The notes: generated from the letters alone by a model not told the origin. Numbered from the stretch's first letter, positions 48,101 to 61,861 are shown. The stretch is 64,000 bases of DNA from Lingula anatina (GCA_051362555.1 CM120643.1:2728001-2792000), one strand, 5' to 3'. Numbers and translations: made by a program.

Positions 48101-50014
48101 GACGGACATTTAAGCTGGATTATCTGACAGTAATCTAGTGAGACTCCCCGCGGGGATAGATCGATCTAAAAGCTCTGGGAATACGCCCTTAGTCTGAAAT
48201 ATCTGCTTAACTAAGTATAGACATTTATCTCTAATCTTATGATTGCCCCACTTTAATGTTACATGAGTATGTCGAGTGTTTCCCGAGCTGTGGGTTATCT
48301 AACATTGCCTATTGTTTCAACTAGGCCTACTCACTGGACACCTGCTTCAAGTTACACATTTTGAGTGAAGAAATGCGGATATATCTTATCACAAACTCTA
48401 ATATGCTACCACATTAACTGCCGTTATATTATGTTCTTGGTCAATTGCCTGTGTGCACGTTAAGTCAGTTTAAGTAGCTTTTCAAACTAAATGGCTTCTG
48501 ATATATGGTATAGAGTATATTACATGTATTTCTCGCTACTGCATTTCAACCGTATTTCATCCATCGTTGTTCCATGTAAAAGAAGAAGAAAAAAACAAGC
48601 AAGTACATGAATTAACAACTTAAAGTGGTAATAGAATATGAAAAAAATACATGTCCCACTTACCAAGTAAATAGAAGGTAAATCCCACCCCCAGTGTTTT
48701 GCGTTTCCCCAGCAAGACATCAGCGATAATTCCTCCGAAGAGCGCAGCGCACTGACCAAAACCTGAAAAGGATAACAACTGTTCATTTTGGACAAAAAAT
48801 GAATTTTTCTGTGGTAAACGACAATTTTCCCTTACTCACCAATGGTAAATGAATCCATACTTACAACCAAATTTAGTACCTGTTTTTTTACTAAAAGGTT
48901 TTTTTGTATTAATCTCTTAAGAGATTATTTCAGAGGGAAGCAATCTATGGAAGACACGTGGTCGGATGACAAGCACAGATTTCAGAATAATTGCTATCAA
49001 TGCCGTTTTGGAGAAAAACAGAATAGATTATATTTGTATGAGTTGTTTACAATGTATTTATTGTGAAATATAGATCTCTGTCGTATATGAAGAAAATAAC
49101 AGTTAATGTATCACTGCATATGTGAAGTCGTCCCAGCAAACTGAAATCTCATCATTTACTTAGCTGTATCAAACAGCACACAGCCGTAGATAGTTGATTT
49201 TTCTGGGGCCATAGCAATAGTCCCAGGCCCGTAGCCAGCGGGGGTTCGGGAGGTTCAAAAGAACCACCTCTTTTGCTGGGAAAAGGTCCACTCTGGGTAA
49301 AATTTGGTCAAGGTACATTAAGATTTTATGGAAAAAGGTCCATTTTTTTTTCAGAAAAAGAACCCCTCCCCTTTTGAAATTGCTGGCTACGGGCCTGAGT
49401 CCGAAGGTTCAATAGTCAAAATGTTCATTGGTCTGAATGTTCACTATAGAACCTTCGGACCAGTGAACCCTTGATTAAAAAACTGCTGAACATGTTACCA
49501 CTTTTTCGGACCAATGGACCTTCGGACTGTCGAGACCCCCCTTTCAAACTGAGAGCACTTGAAAAAAAGACTTTATGGATTGTTAACTGATAAAAATATT
49601 CCTATGGCACATGCATGTGGCTTTATGAGTCTATCCCTGCATACAAATGAGACGCAATGCGTACTTTCACTTTCATACAGCAATGTTACTGCGGTCAATA
49701 AATGATATAAGACACCCTAATCTAAGTAAATTTTATACTGATTTATTGTACTAATACACACACACGTACTCACCAACAAGCAGCATTCTCTCGAGCCACG
49801 CATCATCCATAGTTGATTTCAAATCCTCATGCCAGTATCCGACCATGTTTTTAACGACGCTGAAATAGGCCACATATTGAAAGAAAGTTAAAATCAAGAT
49901 TATGATGACCGCGGACGCTCCGCCACGATTATTTGCGTTGCGAAGCAGATGCTCTTTTTCGTCTTGCGTATCCGTCGATTGGACGTTCATGTCAACATCT
50001 GACGACTGCTTCAT
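42595..50014 (-). CDS. SLC15/POT (PTR2) family MFS transporter, SLC15A4-like divergent paralog E (579 aa)
   Basis: Exons 49774-50014, 48664-48762, 47611-47648, 46942-47081, 45912-46081, 45413-45600, 44795-44978, 43933-44100, 43230-43361, 42595-42974 join in frame. POT motifs FGGIIADVLLGKRKT, LGATQ, FYLLRNCGAL, YSQMLTTYSLQA, LPQYALVGAGE, GMEMAFLGAP, GRADYY. Confidence 0.88.
46152..46331. mobile_element. MITE family C copy (inverted, degenerate)
   Basis: CTTCG|CAGGCCCGTAGC...GGCAACGGGACTG|CTTCT; body is the reverse complement of the 39718 copy. Confidence 0.75.
47974..48188. mobile_element. MITE family A copy, TTA TSD
   Basis: TTA|GACCCCATTCCCAGAGC...GCTCTGGGAATACGCCC|TTA. Another copy at 53448-53633 (TTA/TTA). 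Confidence 0.9.
49224..49397. mobile_element. MITE family C copy with 5-bp TSD AGTCC, inserted in the GTCCGAAGGTTC element (49205-49541)
   Basis: AGTCC|CAGGCCCGTAGCCAGC...GCTGGCTACGGGCCTG|AGTCC; the uninterrupted host is at 7522-7681. Confidence 0.88.
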
Positions 50015-51665
50015 TCTGATTTCTCTACAACGGCGATGAGATACGTTAGGACGGTCTTTACCTCAAAGCAAACGTCATGGTTTCATCTTTCCTCCGCCGC
50101 GAACTCTGTTAATTTACAGGTTAATTCATCACTTCCTTGTCAACAGTTGGCCGAAGGTTTAAGAAGTCTAAGGCCGCCCTAAAAAACAGCTCTTCATTTA
50201 AAAGCTTGTATCTTAACATGGACCAGAGTAATTCCCGTAACTAAGTCTCGTAAAAACGTTTTCCTGGTTCGCATAGCTGGAAACTAGGTCAAGGTGTATC
50301 TATAAATAGTACGTTATCGACCATTAAAGAGCAAATGTGTGGTTGTTGCGTACTATAGGACGGACGAACCTGTGACATCTCCCTTTGCGTTTATTTTGAT
50401 AATTAAGATACTGACAGAGTAAAAAAAATAGAAAAATGATGAGGACCACAGATAGGACAGCGAGATGGGGGTGGCGATTAAGAATCCGTTTTTCTCTACA
50501 CTCCGTGGATGTTTTAACTTGACGCTAAGCAAAAATTATCGAGTGTATGTACCATTGATGTGCTGGTGTCGACTTGGGGATTTTCTCTACTGTGGGTGAA
50601 GGGTTGATTTCTTTTTAGAGTAGCCATTCCACGGAGAGTTATTTATTTATTTATTTATTTATTTTTACTTATTCATCCATTCATTCATTTATTCATTTAC
50701 AAGCAATATGTAGCATATGAGCCAGAACCTTGTGGGCCTAGCTGGTAGTGAGGTAGTTCTTTCTTTTCTGTCATTTTATTTTACAAAGAGTTTGGCGATT
50801 GTTTAATTCCCCCAGATTATTTAATTCTCCCGGAACATAGATTGGGTCCTAGCGCACATCAGCGGTTGATGAAGTGAATGTACATGTACAATACACACAA
50901 GGTAGATGAAGACTTCACATTTGCTGATCCATTCAATAAAGGAGGTTAGCAAAAATGTTATCAATCTTTAATTTTTCCTAAAAAAATGAAATACACGATG
51001 CAGCCCATTATTCAATGGTACTGAGCATTTTCAAGGGTTTTAATGTGTTCTTTTCTGGCGAAGGCAGAGGAAGATGTGGGGAGGGGGGGTGGTGGTGCTG
51101 AGTCAAGAATTTTTCTTGGGGTCCGCCTATGCCAGATATGTTTATACGTATAATGATAATAATTCACATTTAAATCCTGCTAGAAATAGCACATTGTACT
51201 AGAGCCGTGATTATATTTCACGGGCGGATGTATAAATATAAAGTATATAAAAATTGTGCATTGCAATATAAAGATAATGCAGTCTAAACTATAGCCGCGT
51301 ACGTGGTTGGTCATGTTTTCACTTTTCTTTGAGAAAACATCTTTCTATACAGCATTGTGTTTTACTGTTTCTCCCTTTGAGAATGTATTTCATTGGCTTG
51401 CACAGTAAGGACAAATTGCATTGGGATAAATGATTGACGGTTTACTAATCATTCCGATATTTCTGATAGCAGAGATAATGCATATCACTGTTCACGGATG
51501 ATAATATTTAGCTGATACTCTACATGTAGTTCAGCTAAATACATGTATGGTACAACATACACACATACATATGGAGTGAATGAAATAAGTCAAAGCAGTC
51601 ATCGAATCAGGTAGAATTTAAACAGACTGGATCAATGGGAGTCAAATTTCGGGTGTTAAATTTAG

Positions 51666-54600
51666 ATGCAAATTATTGAGCAGAATCCATCGAGGACTAT
51701 CTTCAGAGCTATGGAGTCGTCTGAAATTTTAGACCATGACGACACAGTAAGAGAGAGTTACTCTGATTCCAGTTTTGAGAACGTGCCTCTAGTGTTGTCA
51801 TGGCAACGAACCAATCTTCTTCTCAGTAGCGAGACCGCCAGAACTGTGCTTATAATACTGGTGGCCTCCATCTTGGAATCCGTCGCCTTTTCTGCGGGCC
51901 AGGATAGGTTCATCACTTTCTACCAAAGTTTCAGTGAAAATGAAACTAAATCTGATGGAATCAGATACCATTTCTTAAGTTTAGGTATGTCAGATTTTGA
52001 TAAAAAAGGGTGTAATGAAGTTGTAGCATTACGGAACATTCAACAGATTGTTGAAAATTCGAATTGTGTAGGTTTACCGATAAAATGAAGGTTTATCTGC
52101 TCACTAATCATTAACTGCCATTTTGAATGCCTGATACAGGGTATGAAATCGATATTAAGGCCTTCATTAGTGTCATTCAATGATTTTCCCTTCTGAATTT
52201 TGATTTATAATATTTAAAGCATCACTTACAAGTGCATGCAATTCTTTATTCCCATTGAGTGTATGAAGATTATTTAGTGATAGCCACCTCTCACGGGTCT
52301 CAACCACACTATTTTTTAGAACTTAAAGAAGGACAGCAGGTTGGAGATTTTATCTTAAATTAAAGGTCTTAGCTGTTTTATTCCCGTTGCATTCATTTAA
52401 TGTATCTTCATAGCATCTAATTATACTTGAAGCACAGCTTCAAGTTCATTGTGTGACGTAATATTGGGATTTTTGGAGAAAAAAACATCATTTTCGATTT
52501 CCGGATGTTCTCAAGCACCTTGACAGCTATAAACATGCTTTTAATGGTATTATGACACTTGAACAAAGTACTACAAAAGGGATTCGGGATTTTCCTTTAA
52601 AGACTTACTGTTGAGTTCATCTGTAAAAACGTGATTTTAGCCCTATTTGAGTAGCCCCCCTTACAAAATGCACGCCAAATTAACTTTCAATACTTTCGGT
52701 CAAAGGTAATAGGTACGTTTCTGCTTTGAACAGTGTTTTACATTGTAGCTAGAGCGTATTCAGATCAACTTGATCCGCGGCCTAACAGATCTGCGGACTA
52801 AATATGGCCAATGGCTTAGAATGCATACCCCGAGATTTCGAACGATCCGGAGATTTAGATTTAGATCGATCCAACTCCCTGGGGGGTTCACGCTAAATTG
52901 CAGTCAGCCGAGCGCGCACCATAGTTAATTACTCCCTTACAGCTTTTAGTAGGCGGGACAGACACTTAAGCCGGTCCAAGCTGACAGTAATCTAGTAAGA
53001 CTCCCCACAGGGATAGATCGATCTCAAATCTATGGGAATGGGGTCTTAAAAGCAGCGCAGCCTAATTCCATGACGGCCTCCCTCCACACACGCCTTGCTA
53101 AGATTCAATGGGTTTAATGGCTTGTGTGGAGGCGGGGACACCATCAGGGCATTTAGCGGCCCTGCTTTTAAGTTCGATCGGCCATATTTAGTCCTGGGAT
53201 CAGTTAGTCCGCGGGTCCTCTGCTCTGATGCTCTGAATGCGCTCTCACACTTACATTTCTTCTAGGTGCGAGCTACTGCCTCAGTGCCCTGATCGGGTTG
53301 GTTGTGGACAGCATTCTTGGTCCATATGTAACCTGTGTTCTCCTTTATCTGGTGTATATTATAGGTGAGATTAACTCTGAACAAGAACTTTTTTCTCTTT
53401 GCCAACGAGTTCACAGTATGTGGTCCCGTTATCTACATGTATAGTTAGACCCCATTCCCAGAGATTTGATCGGGGTTCACGCTAAATAGCTGTCAAGCGA
53501 GCGGGCACGTAAGTTAATTACCCCCTTACAGCTTGTAGTAGGCGGGACGGACATTTAAGCCAGATTATCTGACAGTAATCTAGTGAGACTCTCCACGGGG
53601 ATAGATCGATTTAAAATCTATGGGAATGCGCCCTTAGTCTGTTACCAACATTATGTCGGAATATGATGTAATTTCAGGATAGGTCCAAATGGGCTCAATT
53701 TTGGCAGTGAACCATTTATCAATAAATGGTTAATTATTAGTTAATTATTTATAATGGCGGAAGTGTACGCTCTTTGAACGATTTTCTAGTTTTATATTAT
53801 TTCAAAATATTTTTCTCAGAGGCGCACAGACATTTGCGTTAATTAAGGTCTTTAAAAAGCAGCGTGAATGAGACTTAATGAATCTTGATATAGACGAACA
53901 ATTAAAAAATGAATCTTGATATAGACGTACAATCAAAACAAAACAAAACAAAACTGTGTACCAAGTATGTTTATTCAATCTTTTTAAATGCGGACATGTT
54001 TTGTCATAGTATTGATGTCCCGTTTACATTTGCAGGTATGGTTTTGCTGGAGTTTGCACCGGGAGCGGTAAGGCTATTTAGAAACTTTACTTCATGTGGT
54101 TATATCAACCTTTCTTTATAGTATCTCTTACTTCATACTTAACCTCGAAAAGCTCGGTACTTTATACCCCGTATATGTAAAACATAGAAAGTTTTGCCTA
54201 CTTTACAGGTATTATTTATAACGATATTATATATGACACTGAGTTTCAAACACTGGAGTTGCAAAGAACCTCTCGTACCTGTCGTTATTTGGGGACATAG
54301 CGATTTCAGTATTTCTTGATTACATATTTTAATTTTCATGAAAATTAATTTTCATCAATTCTACAAATAATCTCTAAGTCTCAGTTTGGCTAAATGTCAC
54401 AGAGTCTAAAAAATCACAACAAATCTTGATTCCTGTTCACAATCACTGCCTCTTGTGTCCCTATAATTACATTTTTTGTTTCAGCATGGAGACAAGACGA
54501 CGATGATGGTGGTCGGGCTGATATTTACAAGCATAGGTTTCGCAGGCATTGAGACTATCCTGCCGATATACGGAGCCGATCAGATACAGCAGCACCTAAA

Positions 54601-57600
54601 AGGCGTATATATTCACTGGTAAAGTCGACATGCGTGTGTCTGTGTATGTGTGTGTGTTCGCGCGCGCGCGCGAACGTATGTTGATGCGTGCGTGTATGTG
54701 TTTGTGTGGGCATACGTGTGTGTGTGTGTGTTTGTGTGTGCACGTACGTGTGCGTGTGTATGTGTGTGTACGTATGCATGTGTGTGTGCGTGTGTGTGTG
54801 TGTGTATGCGTGCTTGTGTTTGTGGCATAGCGTTAGGTGAGACAATGCATATTACCAAAATGTCGTTCGGATCCCACGGATTTTGTCAGGGCAGTAGCAG
54901 TTAGCAGTTGGTCATATTTTTATATTTTGTTTGACAAATACATGTGAACTTCTGAATGTGTATTTACTATGTATTACCCGCCAAAGCTGATGGAAAATAT
55001 TCATTTGTTTCATTTTTTATTCAGCGAAAGTCAGCTGCAGTTAGTATATGGCATAATGTTTTTTTTTTTCACTGAAATCTGAATTTACGTACAGTGCCAA
55101 CGTGTTTCAATATTGTTTCGTTCCAGGATTTACCTTGGACAAAATCTGGGGATAGTAATTTATAACATAATGAGCATCCTGGTGAATTTACTGGGCGACA
55201 AGAAACTCTTCGAACAGATTCTTCCCGGCACCATTGGCATTGTCCTCTCTTTCCTGGTTTTTCTCTCAGGGTCCAAGTGGTATTCAAACAGTAAACTGAA
55301 AAGTAAGACTGATTGCGTTAGATGTGACGTGGATTGCTTTATTGGTTGTGCTGGGTGTGAACACGTTCTTTTTTAACCCCTTTGACCATCTTAGTGTTCA
55401 CATTTGGCTTACTTTTTACGATATTCCTCTTTTTTTTGCTACGACATTCCTCTTTTTTGTTGTCACCTGGGGAAATTAGCAAGTAACAATTGTTCTGAAA
55501 TCGTCCACAACAACACTTTAAAATCAAGCAATTTTTAAAGAGGTATAATGTACAAGTGCCAATGTAGTGTTAAAGGCATGTATGTCACTTTCTGTCTCCC
55601 CAAAAACTTAAGCGAAAATATAAGTGAAGGACGAAGAAAAATATGGTATTCGAAATTTGGCCTTTTATTGAACGGTTCCTCTAGTAAAAGAATAGTGTAA
55701 AGTTATTATATAGCATTAGACAATGTTGAGTTAATTAAAATTACGTTATGTTATAGTATGAATGATAAATAGCTAAACAAATAGTGCACACATTTTCATT
55801 TGTCGGATTGCAAAGAACTTCTCTTTGTTGAACCAGGTGATCGGTTACTGGAGGTTGGCAAGGCCCTTGCGTACAGGTGTGGTCTCCGCCGAAGACCCTC
55901 GAATTGGAAGTCTTCCAACAGCTCATATTATGTGCGACAGAAAAAGAATATATCCATTGCAAAACAGCTTATGCGGATAGTTTTAGTGAATTCGTCTGTG
56001 TTTGGATTCAGCACCATTGACGCCAAGGTACGTGACTTCCATAAAATATATGTACCGGGTATATACAGGGTGCTTACGGAGACGATTAGGATACCGATCT
56101 AAATAAGGACTGGTGTATATTGCACGAACATCTTTGACTGGGTTCCCGTTCCTAGATCAATCTAAAAAGATCGATCCATCTCCGAGGGGTTTCTCGCTAA
56201 ATTGTTTTCAGCTTAAGCAGCTTGAATGCCTGGCACGCCTACTGAAGCTGCTGCTTTAATAAATCAAATACCCCTAGCATCTTTAGTAAGCGTGACAGAC
56301 ATCTAAGCCGCTTAAGTTGATTGCAATTTAGCAAAAATCCCCTCAGAGATAGATTTATCCACAATTAGTACAATAGGGCCTGGGAATGGTCCGAGGGACT
56401 TATGAAACAACATACTACAAGTCGGGATGAGGGGTCGAGGAAAGACAAGTGACGGATGTGACTCTTTTGTCTCTCGCTTCGTTTTGTAAAGATATAAAAA
56501 GCAGACTGCAATTTTAGTATAATAGTAGGGTACAAGGACGAGGAATGTGCTTGTTTCTTTTTTCTCGTTTTACTTGTCAAACTGTCTTTTGGTTAGGGAG
56601 TAATGCCCAGCAAACTTAACACGTCACGTTCAGATCACGTGGCTAGACGTTGCTATGACGTTATAATGTGGTAACAACGTGCTAGCCACGTGATCCGAAC
56701 GTGAGGTGTTTGCTGGGTGGATACATCCGAAAGTGGATATATCCACTCACCATCCATTCACTTTACCCTCTCGAACCCCCTGATCCGCCAATGTAATGTA
56801 CCAACCACTATCACGCCCTTCTTTCAAATGTATCAGGAAAAAGCATGTCATCCTTAAATTGTAAGATTTGTTGAGGTTATGTGTAAAGAATGAACAAGTA
56901 TAACGATCATTTTTCAAAATAGGTTTCGAACGCTTATTACGTCCAGCAAGGCGGATTAAACTCTGTTGTGGAGGGTGCAGATCTGACCAATGACTATCCA
57001 GTAATGTATTATCTGCTGTATTCTGCGGAGTTGGCCGCCATTATTATCGTGATCCCCGTGTTGGTGATTTGCATCTATCCGGCTCTTTACAGGAGAGGAT
57101 ACATGATCAAATATTTTCCACGGATGAGTAAGTAATGCAATGGGCGATTCAGATTGTGATAGGTGTGCTGTTCAGTTGTGTTTGGGTGTGACGCAGCTGT
57201 TCAACCTTGCTGTGGCCAGCTTATGCTGGTGCAAAACACGTGTTATTAACCATGATTAGATTCACGCTAACCACGCCTGTCACACACACACACACAAAGT
57301 TGTTTTTGTCAGATTTATTAACCACAGGTCATTGGAACCAAGACTGAAAGGATTTTTTTAAAGATATTGTTGAAATGACTTAAAACAACCACTTATTCCA
57401 AACTGTATCTCTGCTCTCAGTTCACATTAATAATGTGTGATAAGTTTAATGACATGCTTACAACGGCCTTTTTTGTCCTGCAGGTTTAGGGCTATTCTTT
57501 GCGGCGCTGTCTATTGTGGCTGCTGTAATCCTAGAATACCACAGGCAGCAAGACTGTCAACAAAACAACGGCAATGCCACCGTCAGTGCCTTCTGGCAGG

Positions 57601-58938
57601 TACCGCAGTACTTTGTGCTGGGGGTGGGGGAGAGCCTGACGTATGTGACAGGTATGACGTGTTCCCTCGAGATTGGCCTATTTCCAACAAACCACGTGAC
57701 GTCATTTTGAATTTCCCCTGGTGGGAAAATGATCAGAATAAACCCAGACCCTTAGTGCTAATTTTATCTAATTTAAATTATAAAATACTGTAGATCACAC
57801 TCAGTGACATCTGGCGGTAAATGTGCATTTTGGCTTTTTTATTCATTCAAATAGTGTTTTTTTTTAAGTAAAAAATGGTGGACGCATGGGATAAAGCTAT
57901 TACGGATGTTCACAATTTGATTGTTTTTTTAATGTGGACGCCGAGCACACGTATCTACGATGAATTAACCAAAAAAAAACGTGTGCAGGAATTGATGCAT
58001 GAACTTTTTGTAACACAGTGAGAAATTGAAAAGAAATTTAATTAAAAAAACAACGCCTGTTTGTAAAAATGTCATTAAAAGAACAACTTTTTCAATATTT
58101 GCTGTTTTTCCAGGGATCGAGTACGCCTACCTGGAGACCCCCCGTGGTCTGCGGTACCTGGCTATGGGGCTGTACAACCTGGCGTACGGCTTGGGCGTCC
58201 TGGCAGCGGTACTGATTACCGTGATCGTCACTAAATACAGACCAGGTAACGGTACATGTTTATCACTCTCTACCAGGGACACAAAGAAATGGTTTTCTCT
58301 AGATTTTCATATATATTTATCTGTTTTTTTTTTCTGCATTTTTCTGAACTGTCCTGCATTCCTTTGCTGATGAAAATGTTGTCATCACCCGGCTGGTCTA
58401 TAGTAGAGGGAACATGTGTGTAGCGTGTTATGAAGACAATTTAACATTGGGTTTATATGATAATGAAATCATTACAATATACAGTAATGCAATAAACTGA
58501 ATCAATTAGATTAATTTAATTAAACTTATTTTTGTATCTTATTTTACTAAATTTAATGAAATTGAATTTTGAGTTAAAGTGAAATATACAAATAGGAAGA
58601 ACATTTAGATTAAAGTCTGTGAAGATATTTTTGCTTTTTGTTTATTTACAGAATGGTACCCCCAAGACCAAGCCTTGTGTCCACTGGGAAAACACGGCAT
58701 CCAGAATTTTCTTCTTATTTTACTCTTCTTACTCTGCATCCTGTTGGTGTGCTTTGTCAGTGTCGCTCTCATAGTTCGGAGACAAAATCGCTCGAAGGAT
58801 TCAGAGGACGATGAACACAGTGGACCTATTTATATACGGACCTCTGCCTCGTGGATGCGGAGTACATCTAAAGACGAAACGATGGTGATAGGGACGCCGT
58901 CGTATAACGGTAGTTCAAGTGACCGAACATTTTACTGA
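51666..58938 (+). CDS. SLC15/POT (PTR2) family MFS transporter, SLC15A4-like divergent paralog F (about 580 aa; alternative start 51711)
   Basis: Exons 51666-51984, 53266-53364, 54036-54067, 54485-54618, 55127-55302, 55837-56027, 56923-57127, 57484-57651, 58114-58245, 58652-58938; identical intron phases to gene E and identical 99/168/132-nt exons. Motifs [47 protein letters not shown]. Confidence 0.88.
52752..53244. mobile_element. Family B long variant with nested family A (52819-53045, TTA TSD)
   Basis: GAGCGTATTCAGA...TCTGAATGCGCTC termini; internal A body flanked by TTA; ends 21 nt before the acceptor of SLC15 F exon 2. Confidence 0.8.
54629..54824. repeat. Degenerate (TG/CG)n alternating purine-pyrimidine tract
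   Basis: Directly visible just after the donor of SLC15 F exon 4. Confidence 0.9.
56606..56717. mobile_element. Short palindromic MITE with CCCAGCAAAC termini and 2-bp TSD (CMC/EnSpm-like)
   Basis: TG|CCCAGCAAAC...CACGTTCAGATCACGTGGCTAG...CTAGCCACGTGATCCGAACGTG...GTTTGCTGGG|TG. Confidence 0.75.
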
Positions 58939-59116
58939 AAAAAAAAAACATATATAGCGCAAGCCTCAGTTTCATAAAAAACTGAAGTCCGTTCCCTGGC
59001 TTCGTTGTGAGTGTTGTTACACTGCTCCTGATAGGATAAGATGGGCCCATGTGACCATGCACGTGACTTTGGTGATTTTAATTAAAATTTCTTTAGCCTG
59101 GGAACCTGACTTAATT

Positions 59117-59167
<51 letters not shown>

Positions 59168-60023
59168 TTTTGTGAAACCGGGTCCTGGCCTTAATTTGTG
59201 GTCGACTATGTACATGCCGTACACAGTATGATAGCTAGTAAATACATGTACAATAATCAATTAAACCCCTAATTTCCAGAGGGACAGCAGACCACTGGTT
59301 TGTGGAACATGTATAGGACCAAGGATGCTTCTAAGAAATCATTTTTGACCCAACAGATATACATGTAGAACTTCGCTAGGAATGGACCAGAAAACTACAG
59401 GGCCTTCATATATAGGCATGGCTGGTTCTCTGATGAAGCGAAAATTTCTTCTTCATTGTAAAGGCCTTTCTTTTTTTCTATGTATAAATAAATTGCTTCA
59501 AAATGATTCAAATTAATGTTTTTCATCTACATGTATCTGTGGATCAATACAGGAGCAATATCCGACACGTCTGTCATCATATGAATATACTATCTTTTTA
59601 GAAATGAACATCTTCATAAAGTAAGAATAAATTAATAAAATAAAGTTCCATCAGAATACCGCTATGCAGCCTGTAATACGATGATTTCAGTGTGTGTTTC
59701 ATTAAAAAAGAAAAAAAATGAGAACACCCCTTCCCCTTGCGGGCTCCTATAGTAACAGAAAGCATTGATTTAGCCAACTGGATTTGTTGTAAATGTGTCT
59801 TTATAATATTTGGGAGGTTAATATTGAGATAGTTTTAAGATTTTTATAGGAATCATTTTATCCATATTCCAATTAGTAGAGATATTTAAGTTACAATAAT
59901 GACATTTTAAACGTCGACTGGGAGTGTGATGGCGTAGGAGGGGTTGTCTTCCAGAACGGATGTAAACAAAGATATCCCCAAACTTCGGCGTCAACGCTTC
60001 AAATATGTGAGGATGATTGTTTA

Positions 60024-61133
60024 CAGGGGGTGACAAAAGTATTGGACCGTTTTGTTTGAAGGTGGAAAACAGCTTGGTTTGCTAGTTTTTTCTTTGTTTT
60101 ATTGCAATCGGTATTTTATTGAAGACTGGTTATGTCAAGTTAATATCTTAAGGTTTACAGACCAACGTTTTTTGCCCTGCCATAACGCATGTTATTATGT
60201 CGGTATTTACGTTTTGTAGGATGGTCACGTGATCTCAATAAAACCCTGGCCCTGTGGGGTGTGGTGTTATCATCTTGGAAAATGCATTGATGATTCCTGT
60301 CCCCAAATATGTTTTCTACCGATGGTAAAAAAATGCTCGCCCCGATTGTGAATGCAAAGCTCGTGGTTCAGGTTTCTATGCTTCGACACCAGTTCACCCA
60401 CCCCGTAGAAACCAATGCACCCCTAAGTCATTATTAAGTGGACTGTCTAGCTAGGAAATTCATGTTCTCAGGCATCCAAATAAGACGTGGGCGATGTTCT
60501 CCATATTCTCACTTGTCCACAAGCGTTGTTAACGGTGAACATGGTCTCAACAAAAAAAAAAAAAAAATGGCGCCAGTTCTGATCTACGGTCTATGCAATG
60601 GTTCTTGCATCCCATGTCGCTCTTCTTCGTTTGTTTAACAGGTTGATAAGTGGTTTTTTCTTGTCAACTTTCTTTGAACACTTTTTTTAGCTAACCTCAA
60701 CCTGTAAATTACTCGACCAATGCAAAACTAATTCGCTGCACGGTCGAAACTTCGAAGCCTGTCCAGCATAAAAAGACACCTGTTGTCTCCGGCACTAGTC
60801 TTCTTTTTTCGGCCATTTCTTGGTGACTTACGGGCATCACCAGTCTCCTCCTACCTTCTCCAAACTCTGTATACAGTCTAACCAGGCTCACAATATCTGG
60901 TTGCTATCTGGGAGACATTTATACCCTCCCCCTCCCTCAGAAAAACAATTTCTTATCTTTCTTCATGTGTGAGCTTCCCCGCCTTCATCGCGACAGGAAC
61001 CTGACAGTCAGCAGGACATTTATCGCCTGTTACGCGAGTAATAAACCACAAATCGATTTTCATGAACGGGTCGTCCCCGATGTCACATAACGCTCTATCC
61101 ACACGGACGGTGCAACACTTTTGTCACCCCCTG
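60024..61133. mobile_element. Non-autonomous Tc1/mariner-type element, 1110 bp, 27-bp TIR, TA TSD
   Basis: TA|CAGGGGGTGACAAAAGTATTGGACCGT...ACGGTGCAACACTTTTGTCACCCCCTG|TA; no intact transposase ORF. Confidence 0.88.
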
Positions 61134-61861
61134 TACTTAAGAATTATACGGTACAATTGTTGGCTTATTTGCAGTTATTCACATCCACTTTTATCGACAA
61201 CATCTATAAACGCATCGTATATGTAGTTATTCATGTCCACTTTTATCGACGGAATCTATAAAACGTATATAAAGTTTTATATCTCAAACGAAGTCAAGGA
61301 GAGCACAGATGTCATTAAAATCGAGTTAAGACGCAATAAATCTCTGTACGGGGACGCTTTATGGGTATGCAGACCCATCTTGAAGACCTCTCGGACACTT
61401 TACCTGCGTCACCAGGAACACACCTTGAACTGAAGAGGATATTGACAATCAAATTATGTGCAAATACCGGTTGTATTACTGTATTTATATAACTTATATC
61501 TGGAATATAAGAATAGTTTTAAGTTAAGACGGACCGGCAAAGAATTTATTAGGAGTGAGGATCGCTCCAATGATTTTATTTTCCTGAACAAGTCAAAAAG
61601 GTAACAGGAAAAATAGCAAATGATAGTTTCATTTTGGATTTAGTATACCTTTAAGACTGGATTTTCAAAATTGAATTTCAAAAAAGATTTAGATTAAAAA
61701 TACGTCTTAAATTATTTGTCTAGAAGATATGACAGAAAAACTAAGCAAGGTAACATTACTATCCCGTTTAACAAACAATGATCTCTTAAGTGGGAGTAAA
61801 TTAACTGATTGACAAGTTTTGATTTTTAGTTGATGTTTACGATTTCCATATTTTGTTACAG

